Source: Candidatus Aenigmatarchaeota archaeon
GTDB taxonomy: Archaea; Aenigmatarchaeota; Aenigmatarchaeia; CG10238-14; SCSR01
Assembly: GCA_016187385.1 (NCBI GenBank)
Contig: JACPJU010000001.1
Coordinates: 722,262-786,261 of the forward strand
DNA: 64,000 nt
Direction: 5' to 3'
Shown here: positions 39,854 to 49,382 of the stretch, in pieces
Position numbering within the stretch: position 1 is the stretch's first letter
How the letters are laid out: each line of letters opens with the position of its first letter
Translations under genes and position numbers: made by a program
Notes under the pieces: generated by a model
Databases searched by the model: none
What the model was told of the DNA's origin: nothing
What the model saw: the letters and a program-made list of their open reading frames with translations, nothing else

Positions 39854-40066
39854 TTACTTTTCCTGTTTAAGTTCTTTCAGGACGTCGTCCCATTTCTTGG
39901 TTCTTCCAGCTTTTATATCTTCATTGCTCTTTCTCAATTGTTCCATTAACTCTGGGTCAGAAAGGATTTCAATAGTAGCTTTCATGGTGTCGTACTCATC
40001 GGTAGATATGGTCACCCATCCCGCTTCGTGTTTTCCTGTAATTTTAAGTTCAGTCATGTTTGTCAC
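39854..40066 (-). CDS. Phd/YefM-like antitoxin-type small protein, convergent with relE
   Basis: ...ATIEILSDPELMEQLRKSNEDIKAGRTKKW resembles the Phd/YefM C-terminal region. Confidence 0.45.
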   Translation of the reverse strand: MTNMTELKITGKHEAGWVTISTDEYDTMKATIEILSDPELMEQLRKSNEDIKAGRTKKWDDVLKELKQEK

Positions 40067-40156
40067 TACAATTAATTTGTGGTGAGATATTTATATATTT
40101 CGAATTTACACCATCAGTGGAACAGTTCCATTTCTACTTGCCCATACCAAACCGTA

Positions 40157-40657
40157 TCATCCAATATAGCTTATATTGCCGTCCTCAAAATTCTCCACAA
40201 TCTCTATCTTCGGCCTGTTGTTCGGTGTCCATCCCATGCTCGCATATATGACTTCGGGAAAAAGCCTTGTCATGTCCCTAGAAATGACTGCCACGGGATG
40301 ATTTCTTCCGAACGTGCTTTCGCTTATCGTTCTGGTAACGTAGCGGTTGTAATTCTCGTCCAGTATTCCTATAGTGTGCAGATATTCATGCAGCAACAGA
40401 TGAAAAACATAGTATTTGTAATACTCGGGTCTTGTATGCTCTATGATATTCAATGGATTCTTGTTCAAGACAATAAGGTTGGAGCCGACAGGATGAAATG
40501 CTCCGATAAATGCACCAGGCTGTCCGCCGAGTTCGGCCAATCCAAGCACCAATCCCGGTCTCTCTCTTCCGATAAAATCTTTAACAACATGTTTGACAAT
40601 CTCGAAAAGCTCGGAGACATCACTTGCCTTTTCCAGTTCACGCGAATAATTCGTCAT
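40157..40657 (-). CDS. Putative Zn-dependent hydrolase with HExxHxxG motif (start trimmed to 40657)
   Basis: HLLLHEYLHTIG gives HEYLHTIG = HExxHxxG; no Cys-rich archaemetzincin tail. Confidence 0.4.
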   Translation of the reverse strand: MTNYSRELEKASDVSELFEIVKHVVKDFIGRERPGLVLGLAELGGQPGAFIGAFHPVGSNLIVLNKNPLNIIEHTRPEYYKYYVFHLLLHEYLHTIGILDENYNRYVTRTISESTFGRNHPVAVISRDMTRLFPEVIYASMGWTPNNRPKIEIVENFEDGNISYIG

Positions 40658-40661
40658 AAAA

Positions 40662-41273
40662 TCAGAATCCCAACTTTTCCTTGACGAATATGATGGTAAT
40701 TCTTCCTGGTCTGATTTCCCTGTTGACAATGAGCATCTTGCTGACAAAACTTGGGAAGCCATATGCCTTTTTGGCTCTTTCATTCTCTAGCGGCAGAGTA
40801 TATTTATAAATACGTTCCATTCCTTCCTCGATATCCTTGACTACCTTCTGCGTTCCAACAATCCAAATGACTTTATCCGCTCCATATGCATATGCAGGCA
40901 ACTGGCTTCCACTATTTGATGCTATCATTACTTTTCCGTCCTGTGTGACAGCATGCGCACTTCCAATAGTCCATTCAGGAGCAGCACCTAATTTCTGCAT
41001 CTCCCTTCCTTGAGTCTTCCTATCCATCGACATCAGTTTCTTGCGTATAGGTGTAAATCTTCCGGATTCATTTATTTCTTTGGACAGTCCAATAGCATCC
41101 AAAGTGGTAGAACTCATAGTCATCACTTCTGTTCCATTGGGTAGAATGCTTAAAACCTTTTCCTTTGCTTCCCTTCTGCTTTCAACAACAAAGGCGTCCA
41201 TTCCGTTAGCCTTCAATGAGGAAATTGTTTTTTCTATTACTTTGTCACCGGCTAATCTTCCAAACTTTTCCAT
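40662..41273 (-). CDS. LUD-domain (LutC/YkgG-like) protein
   Basis: Overall DUF162/LUD pattern (...VIWIVGTQKVV...). Confidence 0.55.
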   Translation of the reverse strand: MEKFGRLAGDKVIEKTISSLKANGMDAFVVESRREAKEKVLSILPNGTEVMTMSSTTLDAIGLSKEINESGRFTPIRKKLMSMDRKTQGREMQKLGAAPEWTIGSAHAVTQDGKVMIASNSGSQLPAYAYGADKVIWIVGTQKVVKDIEEGMERIYKYTLPLENERAKKAYGFPSFVSKMLIVNREIRPGRITIIFVKEKLGF

Positions 41274-41302
41274 AGCATCATCCTATAATTAAAAAAGGAA
41301 GG

Positions 41303-41443
41303 ATCAATTGTTCCTTTCCAGCTCCTTGATCCTTTCACCAACACCTTTCGCCTCTTTCTCGAGGTCTTCCTTATACTCCTTGAGCATCTCTATCTTTTCT
41401 TCCTTTGTCAAGAAGCCTCGAAAAGATCCGCATCCACAATCCA
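41303..41443 (-). CDS. 46-aa peptide with N-terminal MDCGCGS Cys cluster (not in ORF track)
   Basis: Translates to MDCGCGSFRGFLTKEEKIEMLKEYKEDLEKEAKGVGERIKELERNN; divergent from the PadR regulator. Confidence 0.3.
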
Positions 41444-41526
41444 TACTAATACCTCCCACCCTTATATCGGGTATACGATATATATGTTGATACGTATTTA
41501 AATATATCGGTCATCCAATATATCAT

Positions 41527-41835
41527 ATGAGGAAAAGAGGATACGAATATTATTGCGATATGAGAGGGATGCTCTCGTTCCTGATACTTTTTTTGCTGTC
41601 GAAAAAGCCCATGCACGGTCAAGGAATCGCGGACGAAATCAAAAAGAGGAAGGGAATAAAACCAAGTCCTGGCACAATCTATCCAGCGTTGAAAGTATTG
41701 CATGAAGCGGATCTGATAAAAGAGAGTAAATCTGGTAAGATTCTGACATACACATTAACAAGAAAAGGGAGAATGGTTCTCAACGAATCAAAGAAGAAAT
41801 TCTGTCGGATATTTATGGGCATACTTTCAGCTTAA
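41527..41835 (+). CDS. PadR-family transcriptional regulator
   Basis: MRGMLSFLILFLLSKKPMHGQGIADEI...GTIYPALKVLHEADLI winged-HTH PadR signature. Confidence 0.7.
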   Translation: MRKRGYEYYCDMRGMLSFLILFLLSKKPMHGQGIADEIKKRKGIKPSPGTIYPALKVLHEADLIKESKSGKILTYTLTRKGRMVLNESKKKFCRIFMGILSA

Positions 41836-41872
41836 ATTCTTATCTGAGAAAATCATGAAAGATTGGTGAACA

Positions 41873-42862
41873 ATGAACGCGATTGAAATAAACAACTTGA
41901 CAAAAAAGTTCAACGGATTCACTGCGGTCGACAATGTGAAACTGGAAATCGGCGAAGGCGAGATATTCGGTTTGCTGGGTCCTAATGGTGCCGGCAAGAC
42001 GACAACGATATCAATGCTGTCCACAATTCTCAAGCCGACTTCAGGTTCTGCTACAGTGTGCGGATATGACGTCAATGGAGAGATGGACATGGTCAGAAAA
42101 TCCATAGGCATGGTATTCCAAGACCCTAGTCTGGATGATGAATTGACCGGAAGGGAGAATCTGGATTTTCACGGTAGGCTGTACGGCATGAACAGCGAAT
42201 TCAGGAAGGAAAGAATAGATGAAGTTTTGAAGCTTGTTGAATTGGAAAGCAAGGCAGACAATCTCGTGAAGACATATTCCGGCGGGATGAAAAGAAGGTT
42301 GGAAATTGCAAGAGGTTTGATGCATTTTCCCAAGGTTTTATTTTTGGACGAACCCACGCTGGGATTGGATCCGCAGACAAGAAGAAATCTGTGGGAATAT
42401 ATTAAAACCATCAACGAGCAGCAAAAGGTAACGATAATCCTTACGACTCATTACATGGACGAGGCTGATTTCCTGTGCAACAGGATAGGCATAATAGACC
42501 GCGGAAAAATAATAGCACTGGACACGCCTGACAAATTGAAAGAGGTTCTGGGCGGCGACATCATAACGCTAGATGTTTCGCAACCTGAGAGATTGAAGGA
42601 GATGTTGGAAAAGATGGAGTATATAAAAGAGATCAACATATTCAACAAAAAACTGAACATCGTTGCGGACAATGGGAGCAAGATCATACCAAAGTTGATC
42701 GAAATCGCCCGTGAAAATGAAATCACAGTGGATTCTGTTGTTTTGAAAAGACCGAGCCTTGAGGATGTTTTTATTCATTACACAGGCAGAACAATCAGGG
42801 ACGAAGAGGGGGACGGAAAAGATCTTATCAGGCAGCAGATGAAGATAGGATGGAGAAGATAG
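41873..42862 (+). CDS. ABC transporter ATP-binding protein (ABC-2/DrrA-like)
   Basis: GPNGAGKTT Walker A, YSGGMKRRLEIA signature, LFLDEPTLGLD Walker B. Confidence 0.85.
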   Translation: MNAIEINNLTKKFNGFTAVDNVKLEIGEGEIFGLLGPNGAGKTTTISMLSTILKPTSGSATVCGYDVNGEMDMVRKSIGMVFQDPSLDDELTGRENLDFHGRLYGMNSEFRKERIDEVLKLVELESKADNLVKTYSGGMKRRLEIARGLMHFPKVLFLDEPTLGLDPQTRRNLWEYIKTINEQQKVTIILTTHYMDEADFLCNRIGIIDRGKIIALDTPDKLKEVLGGDIITLDVSQPERLKEMLEKMEYIKEINIFNKKLNIVADNGSKIIPKLIEIARENEITVDSVVLKRPSLEDVFIHYTGRTIRDEEGDGKDLIRQQMKIGWRR

Positions 42863-42863
42863 C

Positions 42864-43625
42864 ATGGAAATGAACGGTATATACACAATATGGCTTAGGG
42901 AACTAAAACGGTTCATAAGGGCCAAACCAAGGCTCATAGGAAGCCTTATGATGCCGTTCATCTGGCTCGCAATCATGGGGGTTGGACTGAGCTCCAGTTT
43001 TACTGTTCCTAATTCAGGCATCAACTATTTGAAATTCATATCCCCTGGAATAATCGGCATGTCTCTTTTGTTCACTTCAATATTCTCGGCGATTTCTGTG
43101 ATATGGGACAAGCAGTTTGGTTTCCTCAAGGAAATGTTGGTGGCTCCGATATCAAGGACAAGCATAGTTGTCGGCAAAGTTGTGGGAAGCGTGACTATAT
43201 CGCTCATAAATGCTTTGATGGTCTTGGTCATAGCTGTTGTACTCGGCGGCATCAGTCTGGCAGACCTGAGTTTGATGTCAATGCTCTCAGCTGTTTTGTT
43301 TATGATACTGATTTCGGTCTCGTTTGTTTCCATCGGACTGGCTATCGCGTCAAAGCTGAACAATCTCGAAGGATTCCAGGTCATAATGAGCTCCCTTGTT
43401 ATGCCGCTGTTCTTTTTGTCGGGAGCATTCTTCCCGATAGAGAACGTGCCTTTGTGGATGAAGACTCTGGCCCATATTGACCCGTTGATGTACGGTGTTG
43501 ATGGCTTGAGGGCTTCGCTGTTGGGAGTATCGCAGTTTTCTATCTTGTTCGATCTTTCTGTTCTTGCTGCGTTCAGCGTAGCGATGATTTTATTCTCAAG
43601 CTTTCTGTTCAGAAAAATGAATTGA
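42864..43625 (+). CDS. ABC-2 type transporter permease
   Basis: Six hydrophobic helices; starts 2 nt after the ATPase stop. Confidence 0.7.
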   Translation: MEMNGIYTIWLRELKRFIRAKPRLIGSLMMPFIWLAIMGVGLSSSFTVPNSGINYLKFISPGIIGMSLLFTSIFSAISVIWDKQFGFLKEMLVAPISRTSIVVGKVVGSVTISLINALMVLVIAVVLGGISLADLSLMSMLSAVLFMILISVSFVSIGLAIASKLNNLEGFQVIMSSLVMPLFFLSGAFFPIENVPLWMKTLAHIDPLMYGVDGLRASLLGVSQFSILFDLSVLAAFSVAMILFSSFLFRKMN

Positions 43626-43638
43626 TACGAAATTATTT

Positions 43639-44163
43639 CTAACAACCGCCGCCATACAGCTGATTGATCCCACTATTGTCTATTCTTATCTTGTAAGGTT
43701 TGCATTCATCAGTTCTCGGAGTTCTGTATTGGACTTCTATCGCTGCCGGGTTTGTTCCTATGTTTACAGTAGGTTTATAGCTGTTCATGATTGCGACGCT
43801 AGCAAGAACAACTCCGATAGCAAGAGCACCTCCCGCCAGCAAAAGATTCGCTTTCCAATTTCCGACATTTGTACCAATATTAAAACCGATTCTATCAGCG
43901 TTTCTCAGACTAGAATCGTGTTCGTATAAATCTCTTATGATCCCGTCACTTTCTGTATTGCTATAGAGACTTTTCCAATCACTATGAATCTTACCTTGCC
44001 GTCTCAAATACTGTCTCCTAGCAACGCCAGCCGAACCGTTAACTCCAAAATCACCAGCAGCCCAAACAGCACCGTCTCTCAATCCTTGCATAAAAGCTCC
44101 GTCATAGCCTCTGTTAAGAACATCCTTTACTCGGCTAATCAAATTTGGTAGATATGATACCAT
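43639..44163 (-). CDS. Hypothetical protein with a C-terminal hydrophobic segment
   Basis: 174-aa ORF, no motif recognised. Confidence 0.35.
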   Translation of the reverse strand: MVSYLPNLISRVKDVLNRGYDGAFMQGLRDGAVWAAGDFGVNGSAGVARRQYLRRQGKIHSDWKSLYSNTESDGIIRDLYEHDSSLRNADRIGFNIGTNVGNWKANLLLAGGALAIGVVLASVAIMNSYKPTVNIGTNPAAIEVQYRTPRTDECKPYKIRIDNSGINQLYGGGC

Positions 44164-44190
44164 GAGACCACATCGTTAATATTATAATAA

Positions 44191-44664
44191 CTAGTTCTTT
44201 TTTTGTCTTCCTTTATGTGCAGAAAAACTTTCTATAAACCAATATGACGGATGCTTGTAGTGTGCATCAACGGCTTCGGGCACTGCCGTTTTTACTACAT
44301 CTCCTAAACCAAGTGTATTGTGATCAAATAACGCTTCGACCCTGACATTATCGCCTTCGGGTCCTTTGTAAGAATCAGCGAGTTTTGTATAAGGTGTAGG
44401 ATCTTTGGAACCGATAAGATAAACCTCAATTAATGATCTTTTAAACGGCCCTATAATTGGTTCTGACACTCTTAAGACATGCGTTGGTGAACCTCGAACA
44501 TCACCATATCTTGTTTCGCCGCTAATATCATAGTCGGGAGATAGATGGTCTCCTAAATTATACAAAAATTTATGAAATGTTCTGACGGCTACAACACTGT
44601 CTACTCTTAGTCTAGTGCTCAGAATTTTATGTTCTGTGTCACTTGTCATTGTTTCACTTAGCAT
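44191..44664 (-). CDS. Hypothetical protein
   Basis: 157-aa ORF, no motif recognised. Confidence 0.35.
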   Translation of the reverse strand: MLSETMTSDTEHKILSTRLRVDSVVAVRTFHKFLYNLGDHLSPDYDISGETRYGDVRGSPTHVLRVSEPIIGPFKRSLIEVYLIGSKDPTPYTKLADSYKGPEGDNVRVEALFDHNTLGLGDVVKTAVPEAVDAHYKHPSYWFIESFSAHKGRQKKN

Positions 44665-44723
44665 TTAATAGCATTAGTTATATATAAGCTTTTCGATTCT
44701 TCACTACATATTAGTGATGACAC

Positions 44724-45167
44724 TCACAAAGTTTCCACATAGTCAGCCGCATTCTGCAAAGACATTGAATATCCTGATTCTGCTCCTATGGTCACGACCT
44801 TTTTGCCGTATTCCTTGGCCTTCTGCATGACAGGAAGAAAATCAGCGTCCCTTGTTACAATAACAATCACGTCCACGTCTTTTGTGATTATGGCCTCCAT
44901 CGCGGCAACAGTCATGGAAACGTCAACATCTGCAGAAGTCTCGTCTGTGCTCTTCTGGCCGAGTACCATGATGCACTCGAATCCTTCGTTGATGACAGCC
45001 TCTATAAGCTTCTCAGGAGCATATTGATTTATGAAAACCTTGGCTATGGAAATTCTCCCGAACTTCGTGGCCGTCCTCTTGACCTCGCCCAGATCTATCA
45101 TGAACTCCTTTCTGAGCATGTTCGGACCGTCTACAAAAATACCCACGTTACTCTCGTCTCTTCTCAT
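44724..45167 (-). CDS. NYN/LabA-like PIN-fold nuclease domain protein
   Basis: VGIFVDGPNM...VIVIVTRDADFLPV matches the NYN domain pattern. Confidence 0.6.
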   Translation of the reverse strand: MRRDESNVGIFVDGPNMLRKEFMIDLGEVKRTATKFGRISIAKVFINQYAPEKLIEAVINEGFECIMVLGQKSTDETSADVDVSMTVAAMEAIITKDVDVIVIVTRDADFLPVMQKAKEYGKKVVTIGAESGYSMSLQNAADYVETL

Positions 45168-45192
45168 AGACCTTCTCTGCGGATAGATGTAA

Positions 45193-45870
45193 TCACCATG
45201 TGAAACTGTCGCTCTTTACCGAGCTCACAGCGCCTCTAATTGTCAATTCGAGTTCGTTCGACTGAATGCTTCCAATTAGGTTACTAATATCAAGAACATT
45301 CTGGTTTAAATACTCTACGCCTTTCAAGCTCCCATCAACATACTTTTCTATCTGGCCGGAGGGTGCTGTAATAGAGAGCTTGTTGATGTTCAAGCCTGTT
45401 ATGGAAAATGTCACAGGAATAAGCTCAATGTGTACACTTACAGGCTTTTCAGCAGTATATTTCTGACCGTTGACGGTTATCGTGGAGACGCTACCTGTGA
45501 CGACGATGCTGCCGAACGGGCTGTAATCGAATTTTCCGCTGAAACCACCCATATCGACAGAGCACCTGCTGTTCTCTCCTTCTATAGTCAATCCACTAAC
45601 AGTTATAATCGAGCATATGCCGTTCAAATTGACATTTGAATTCGTCAAAGAGAATGTCCTTCCGTAAAGCACCGTCTTGTCCGTTGTCAGAACTATCTCT
45701 AAAGCTGATGCCGAAGCCTTTTTCGGACCGACAAAACTCCCTATCTTGAGAGAATCTATATTGCCATTAACATTCGTGTATGCGATAAGCCCCAATATGC
45801 CTAAAATCAGCACAAGCGCCAGAATCAATTTCAAATGATGACCGTGTCCAGATTCTGCCATAACTACCAA
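45193..45870 (-). CDS. Signal-anchored secreted hypothetical protein
   Basis: N-terminal transmembrane helix (LILALVLILGILGLIAY); Ser/Thr-rich beta-like body. Confidence 0.4.
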   Translation of the reverse strand: MVVMAESGHGHHLKLILALVLILGILGLIAYTNVNGNIDSLKIGSFVGPKKASASALEIVLTTDKTVLYGRTFSLTNSNVNLNGICSIITVSGLTIEGENSRCSVDMGGFSGKFDYSPFGSIVVTGSVSTITVNGQKYTAEKPVSVHIELIPVTFSITGLNINKLSITAPSGQIEKYVDGSLKGVEYLNQNVLDISNLIGSIQSNELELTIRGAVSSVKSDSFTW

Positions 45871-45930
45871 TAACTATATTAGAAAATTTATTTAAATAAA
45901 GATGTAAGTATAAACTACGCTTTTGGTGAA

Positions 45931-47124
45931 ATGATGTTCAACTTACTAGACGGAGGAATAATAGGAAACATAATCTGGGTAGTCATGTTTATGGTGATGA
46001 TATTTTTCTATCCGCGACTGATGATAATGCAGATGATGTACAAGCTCGAACAGTCCGCGTCAATGCTTGAAGGCCTGACGAACAAGGCACGCCATGTAGT
46101 GACGAAAAAAATATCCAAAAAGCCTTCGCATGATTTGAATGAGAAAGTCTCTAATTTCATGGAGTTCTTTTCCATAGATCCTGTAAATCTCGATCCTGTT
46201 GGCATCGTCAAGAAATTGGAACACATACAAATTCTGTCGGAAAACAGGTTTGAATATTTTGTAAGAAAGACATCTCCGAAAATGGATGCCGAGGCTCAGG
46301 CGAATATCATGATGGGACTGGCGGGAGCTATTTCACTTAACCAGATATCGAAGGTGGTCAGGCATTTTGTCGAAATGGTAAGAAAGACCAAGAGTCTTCA
46401 GATTGCGATGTTGCTCCAAATGCAACTGCCTCTTATAGAACAAATATCAAAAGCATTGCTGAAAGGCACTGAGGCATTTACAAACGGCTGGCCTGTTGGG
46501 GATTCTGTCGGTGGGATTGTCGTGGCGAAAATGGCGGGCAATTCTAAAACCAAGGAAATTGAAAAAGACACTGTTGTTACCAGAAAGAAAATAAGAGGGA
46601 AGAATGTTATTTTGATGAAAGCAAAGGGACCTGGCAGCAGACTGGGAAGGCTCGGACGCGCTGTAGAAAAACTGTCGAAAAGGGAGAAGATATCCAAGAT
46701 AATCACTGTTGATGCTGCGGCGAAACTGGAAGGCGAGAAGACAGGGAGAATCGCTGAGGGTATAGGCGTTGCCATTGGTGGCATAGGAATTGACAGAAGC
46801 TACATAGAAAATCTCGCGACTACGAGAAACCTGCCTTTGGATACTTTTGTTGTCAAGATGTCGCAGGAAGAGGCGATAATGCCGATGGTCGGGGATGTTC
46901 TGAAAAGCGTGGATAAGATGATAACAATGGTGGAGAACAACATCGCAGAAACAAAAGAAAAGGGAACTATAGTTGTTGTTGGTGTTGGCAACACTGTAGG
47001 TGTTGGCAATGATAGAAAATCATCTGAATCGGCAGAGAAGAAAGTGAAAGAAGTTATTGAAATCATGAAGAAGCGAGAGCAATCAGAGAAGCCTAAGAGG
47101 AATTGGTTCAGCTTTGGGTTTTAA
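45931..47124 (+). CDS. Membrane-anchored hypothetical protein with Gly-rich and Lys/Glu-rich C-terminal region
   Basis: N-terminal transmembrane helix; GIGVAIGGIGID and VVVGVGNTVGVGND Gly-rich stretches. Confidence 0.45.
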   Translation: MMFNLLDGGIIGNIIWVVMFMVMIFFYPRLMIMQMMYKLEQSASMLEGLTNKARHVVTKKISKKPSHDLNEKVSNFMEFFSIDPVNLDPVGIVKKLEHIQILSENRFEYFVRKTSPKMDAEAQANIMMGLAGAISLNQISKVVRHFVEMVRKTKSLQIAMLLQMQLPLIEQISKALLKGTEAFTNGWPVGDSVGGIVVAKMAGNSKTKEIEKDTVVTRKKIRGKNVILMKAKGPGSRLGRLGRAVEKLSKREKISKIITVDAAAKLEGEKTGRIAEGIGVAIGGIGIDRSYIENLATTRNLPLDTFVVKMSQEEAIMPMVGDVLKSVDKMITMVENNIAETKEKGTIVVVGVGNTVGVGNDRKSSESAEKKVKEVIEIMKKREQSEKPKRNWFSFGF

Positions 47125-47387
47125 GCTGATAACCCTGTACTAATTTTCCACCCATAATTTTTCTTGTAAATTCATAATCGCCTTGCCAAATCTTCCTTTC
47201 AACATCCTTCACATATTCATCGTAAGACGTACTTGTTCTAGGAACATGTAACATACTCAAAGGAACAAATTTCCTAGGTTGTTGTGGTATTGATTGTTGT
47301 TGGTATGGTGTTATTTTCACGTTCTACTTCCTTTTGACCTTTATTTTTAATTGATACATATAAATAAAAAACTTTGGGTCAGTGACC

Positions 47388-47558
47388 CTAAACATCGCAA
47401 CCGCGGCAAGTCTTTCGACCGTTTTGTTTGGCTCTGGCAACTGCCTGTTTCAGCATATTAGCCATAGCATTGTCCAAAGACTTGAAAAAGTCTCCGCCTG
47501 CCCTCATTCCCTTTAATTGGGATCTGATTGCAGATTTGACAACTAGAGACGATGCCAT
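47388..47558 (-). CDS. 56-aa histone-fold-like (DUF1931-like) protein (not in ORF track)
   Basis: Translates to MASSLVVKSAIRSQLKGMRAGGDFFKSLDNAMANMLKQAVARAKQNGRKTCRGCDV; the GDF...A.A..NGRKT pattern recalls archaeal single histone-fold proteins. Confidence 0.4.
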   Translation of the reverse strand: MASSLVVKSAIRSQLKGMRAGGDFFKSLDNAMANMLKQAVARAKQNGRKTCRGCDV

Positions 47559-47619
47559 TAATCCACCTCCAATAATCCTAATAATGGATTGTTTTATTTA
47601 AAGGTTATCAGAATGACTT

Positions 47620-48081
47620 CTAGATTTTGAGGACATCGCTGTGCCTGCCGTGTATGTAGAAAATTCCGGTTTCTTTGTCAACTACAATGGAAAAACTATC
47701 ATCTCTGGGTTGAATGTTTTTGTATATTACCTTTTGGTGCGGTCGGGCTCCGAAATACATCTTCATGATTGGTGAATAATCCAAATCATAGCCTGCAAAC
47801 GGTCCCTTCCGGAAAAAATATGACGGGGATTCGTCAATGTGTCCCAAATCTGATCTTATTTTAGATAGATACGGTTCTATACTTTCTCTTGGTTTCATAT
47901 GTGCTAATGCGACTATTCCATTCTCAGGAAAGTGTAAGCATAATCCTTTGCACACCGAGATGCCCAATGTCATAATGAATCTCTCACGATCTTCAGGGGT
48001 TAGGATAGCATAATCACTCCAGCTGACATCTCTAATCAATTCAAAGGGCATTTCCATTGAAGGTTCATTTTTTACATCCAT
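47620..48081 (-). CDS. Hypothetical protein, divergent from metK
   Basis: 153-aa ORF; no confident family. Confidence 0.4.
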   Translation of the reverse strand: MDVKNEPSMEMPFELIRDVSWSDYAILTPEDRERFIMTLGISVCKGLCLHFPENGIVALAHMKPRESIEPYLSKIRSDLGHIDESPSYFFRKGPFAGYDLDYSPIMKMYFGARPHQKVIYKNIQPRDDSFSIVVDKETGIFYIHGRHSDVLKI

Positions 48082-48190
48082 AAATATAATTACATTAGCC
48101 TGCTTATAAATGTTTCTATTTTTAACTACTTAAAAGTTATAACTATTCCTGTATTACAATATATAAAATTGAATTTACAATTAATCCACC

Positions 48191-49351
48191 ATGGGAAACT
48201 ATCTCTTCACTTCTGAATCCGTGACAGAAGGTCATCCGGACAAAATCTGTGATCAAATATCTGACGCTATATTAGATGAATTAATAAAACAAGATCCTGA
48301 TTCAAGAGTAGCTGTGGAAACTCTAACAACTACTGGCTTGATAATGATTGCAGGCGAGGTCACAACAAAAGGTTATGTCGACGCCCAAGGCACGGCAAGG
48401 AAAGTACTGAAAAGAATCGGATATGACAATCCCGAATACGGATTCAACTATGATGATTGTTCTGTGTTGGTTTCACTACATGGACAAAGTCCTGATATAT
48501 CACAAGGTGTGACAGAAGGTCATGGCGATGACAAGGAACAAGGCGCTGGAGACCAAGGTTTGATGATGTCGTACGCGACAAATGAAACTCCAGAATTGAT
48601 GCCATTACCAATAACTCTCGCACACAAGCTTACGATGAAACTTTCAGAGATCAGGAAATCAGGAGAAATCAAATGGCTGAGACCAGACGGCAAGTCTCAA
48701 GTTACGATTGAATATGAAAACGGAAAACCGAAAAGATTGCACACTGTGGTCGTCTCTGCGCACCATGCTGACATTCCCATCGAAGAGGTAAGGAAAGAAA
48801 TAAAGGAGAAGGTTATTATTCCGATTTGCAAGGACTGGATGGATGACAATACCATAATTTATGTAAATCCCACTGGTAGATTTGTAAAAGGCGGTCCTCC
48901 TGCGGATACAGGACTGACAGGAAGGAAAATAATTGTCGATACTTATGGCGGGTGGGGCAGACACGGAGGAGGTTGTTTCAGCGGCAAGGATCCGTCTAAA
49001 GTTGACAGATCCGCTTCCTACATGGCGAGATACATTGCAAAGAACATCGTTGCGGCCGGTCTTGCCGATAGATGCGAATTGCAGATAGCATATGCGATAG
49101 GAATTTCACGTCCTGTTTCTGTTTACGTGAACACATTCGGAACGAACAAAATTTCAGAAGAAAAGATAGAAGAAATTGTGAAAACCCATTTTGATCTGAG
49201 ACCAAAAGCCATAATAGAGCATTTGAAATTGAAGCGACCCATTTACGAGAAAACAGCAGCATACGGTCACTTTGGAAGAAATGATCCCGATTTCACATGG
49301 GAGCAGACAGACAAGGTTGAAGAATTGCGAAAATATCTCGATACGAGATAG
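48191..49351 (+). CDS. metK: S-adenosylmethionine synthetase, bacterial/eukaryotic type
   Basis: [25 protein letters not shown]-terminal signature, GGGAFSGKDP(S/T)KVDRS loop. Confidence 0.9.
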   Translation: MGNYLFTSESVTEGHPDKICDQISDAILDELIKQDPDSRVAVETLTTTGLIMIAGEVTTKGYVDAQGTARKVLKRIGYDNPEYGFNYDDCSVLVSLHGQSPDISQGVTEGHGDDKEQGAGDQGLMMSYATNETPELMPLPITLAHKLTMKLSEIRKSGEIKWLRPDGKSQVTIEYENGKPKRLHTVVVSAHHADIPIEEVRKEIKEKVIIPICKDWMDDNTIIYVNPTGRFVKGGPPADTGLTGRKIIVDTYGGWGRHGGGCFSGKDPSKVDRSASYMARYIAKNIVAAGLADRCELQIAYAIGISRPVSVYVNTFGTNKISEEKIEEIVKTHFDLRPKAIIEHLKLKRPIYEKTAAYGHFGRNDPDFTWEQTDKVEELRKYLDTR

Positions 49352-49382
49352 TTTTATAAATCTAATTAAATTGGATATTTCA

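Noticed and set aside
40079-40684. ORF 40079-40684(+) opposite the HExxHxxG hydrolase
   Set aside because: Antisense to a motif-bearing gene and composed of odd residues (many Cys/His/Arg with no pattern); judged spurious.
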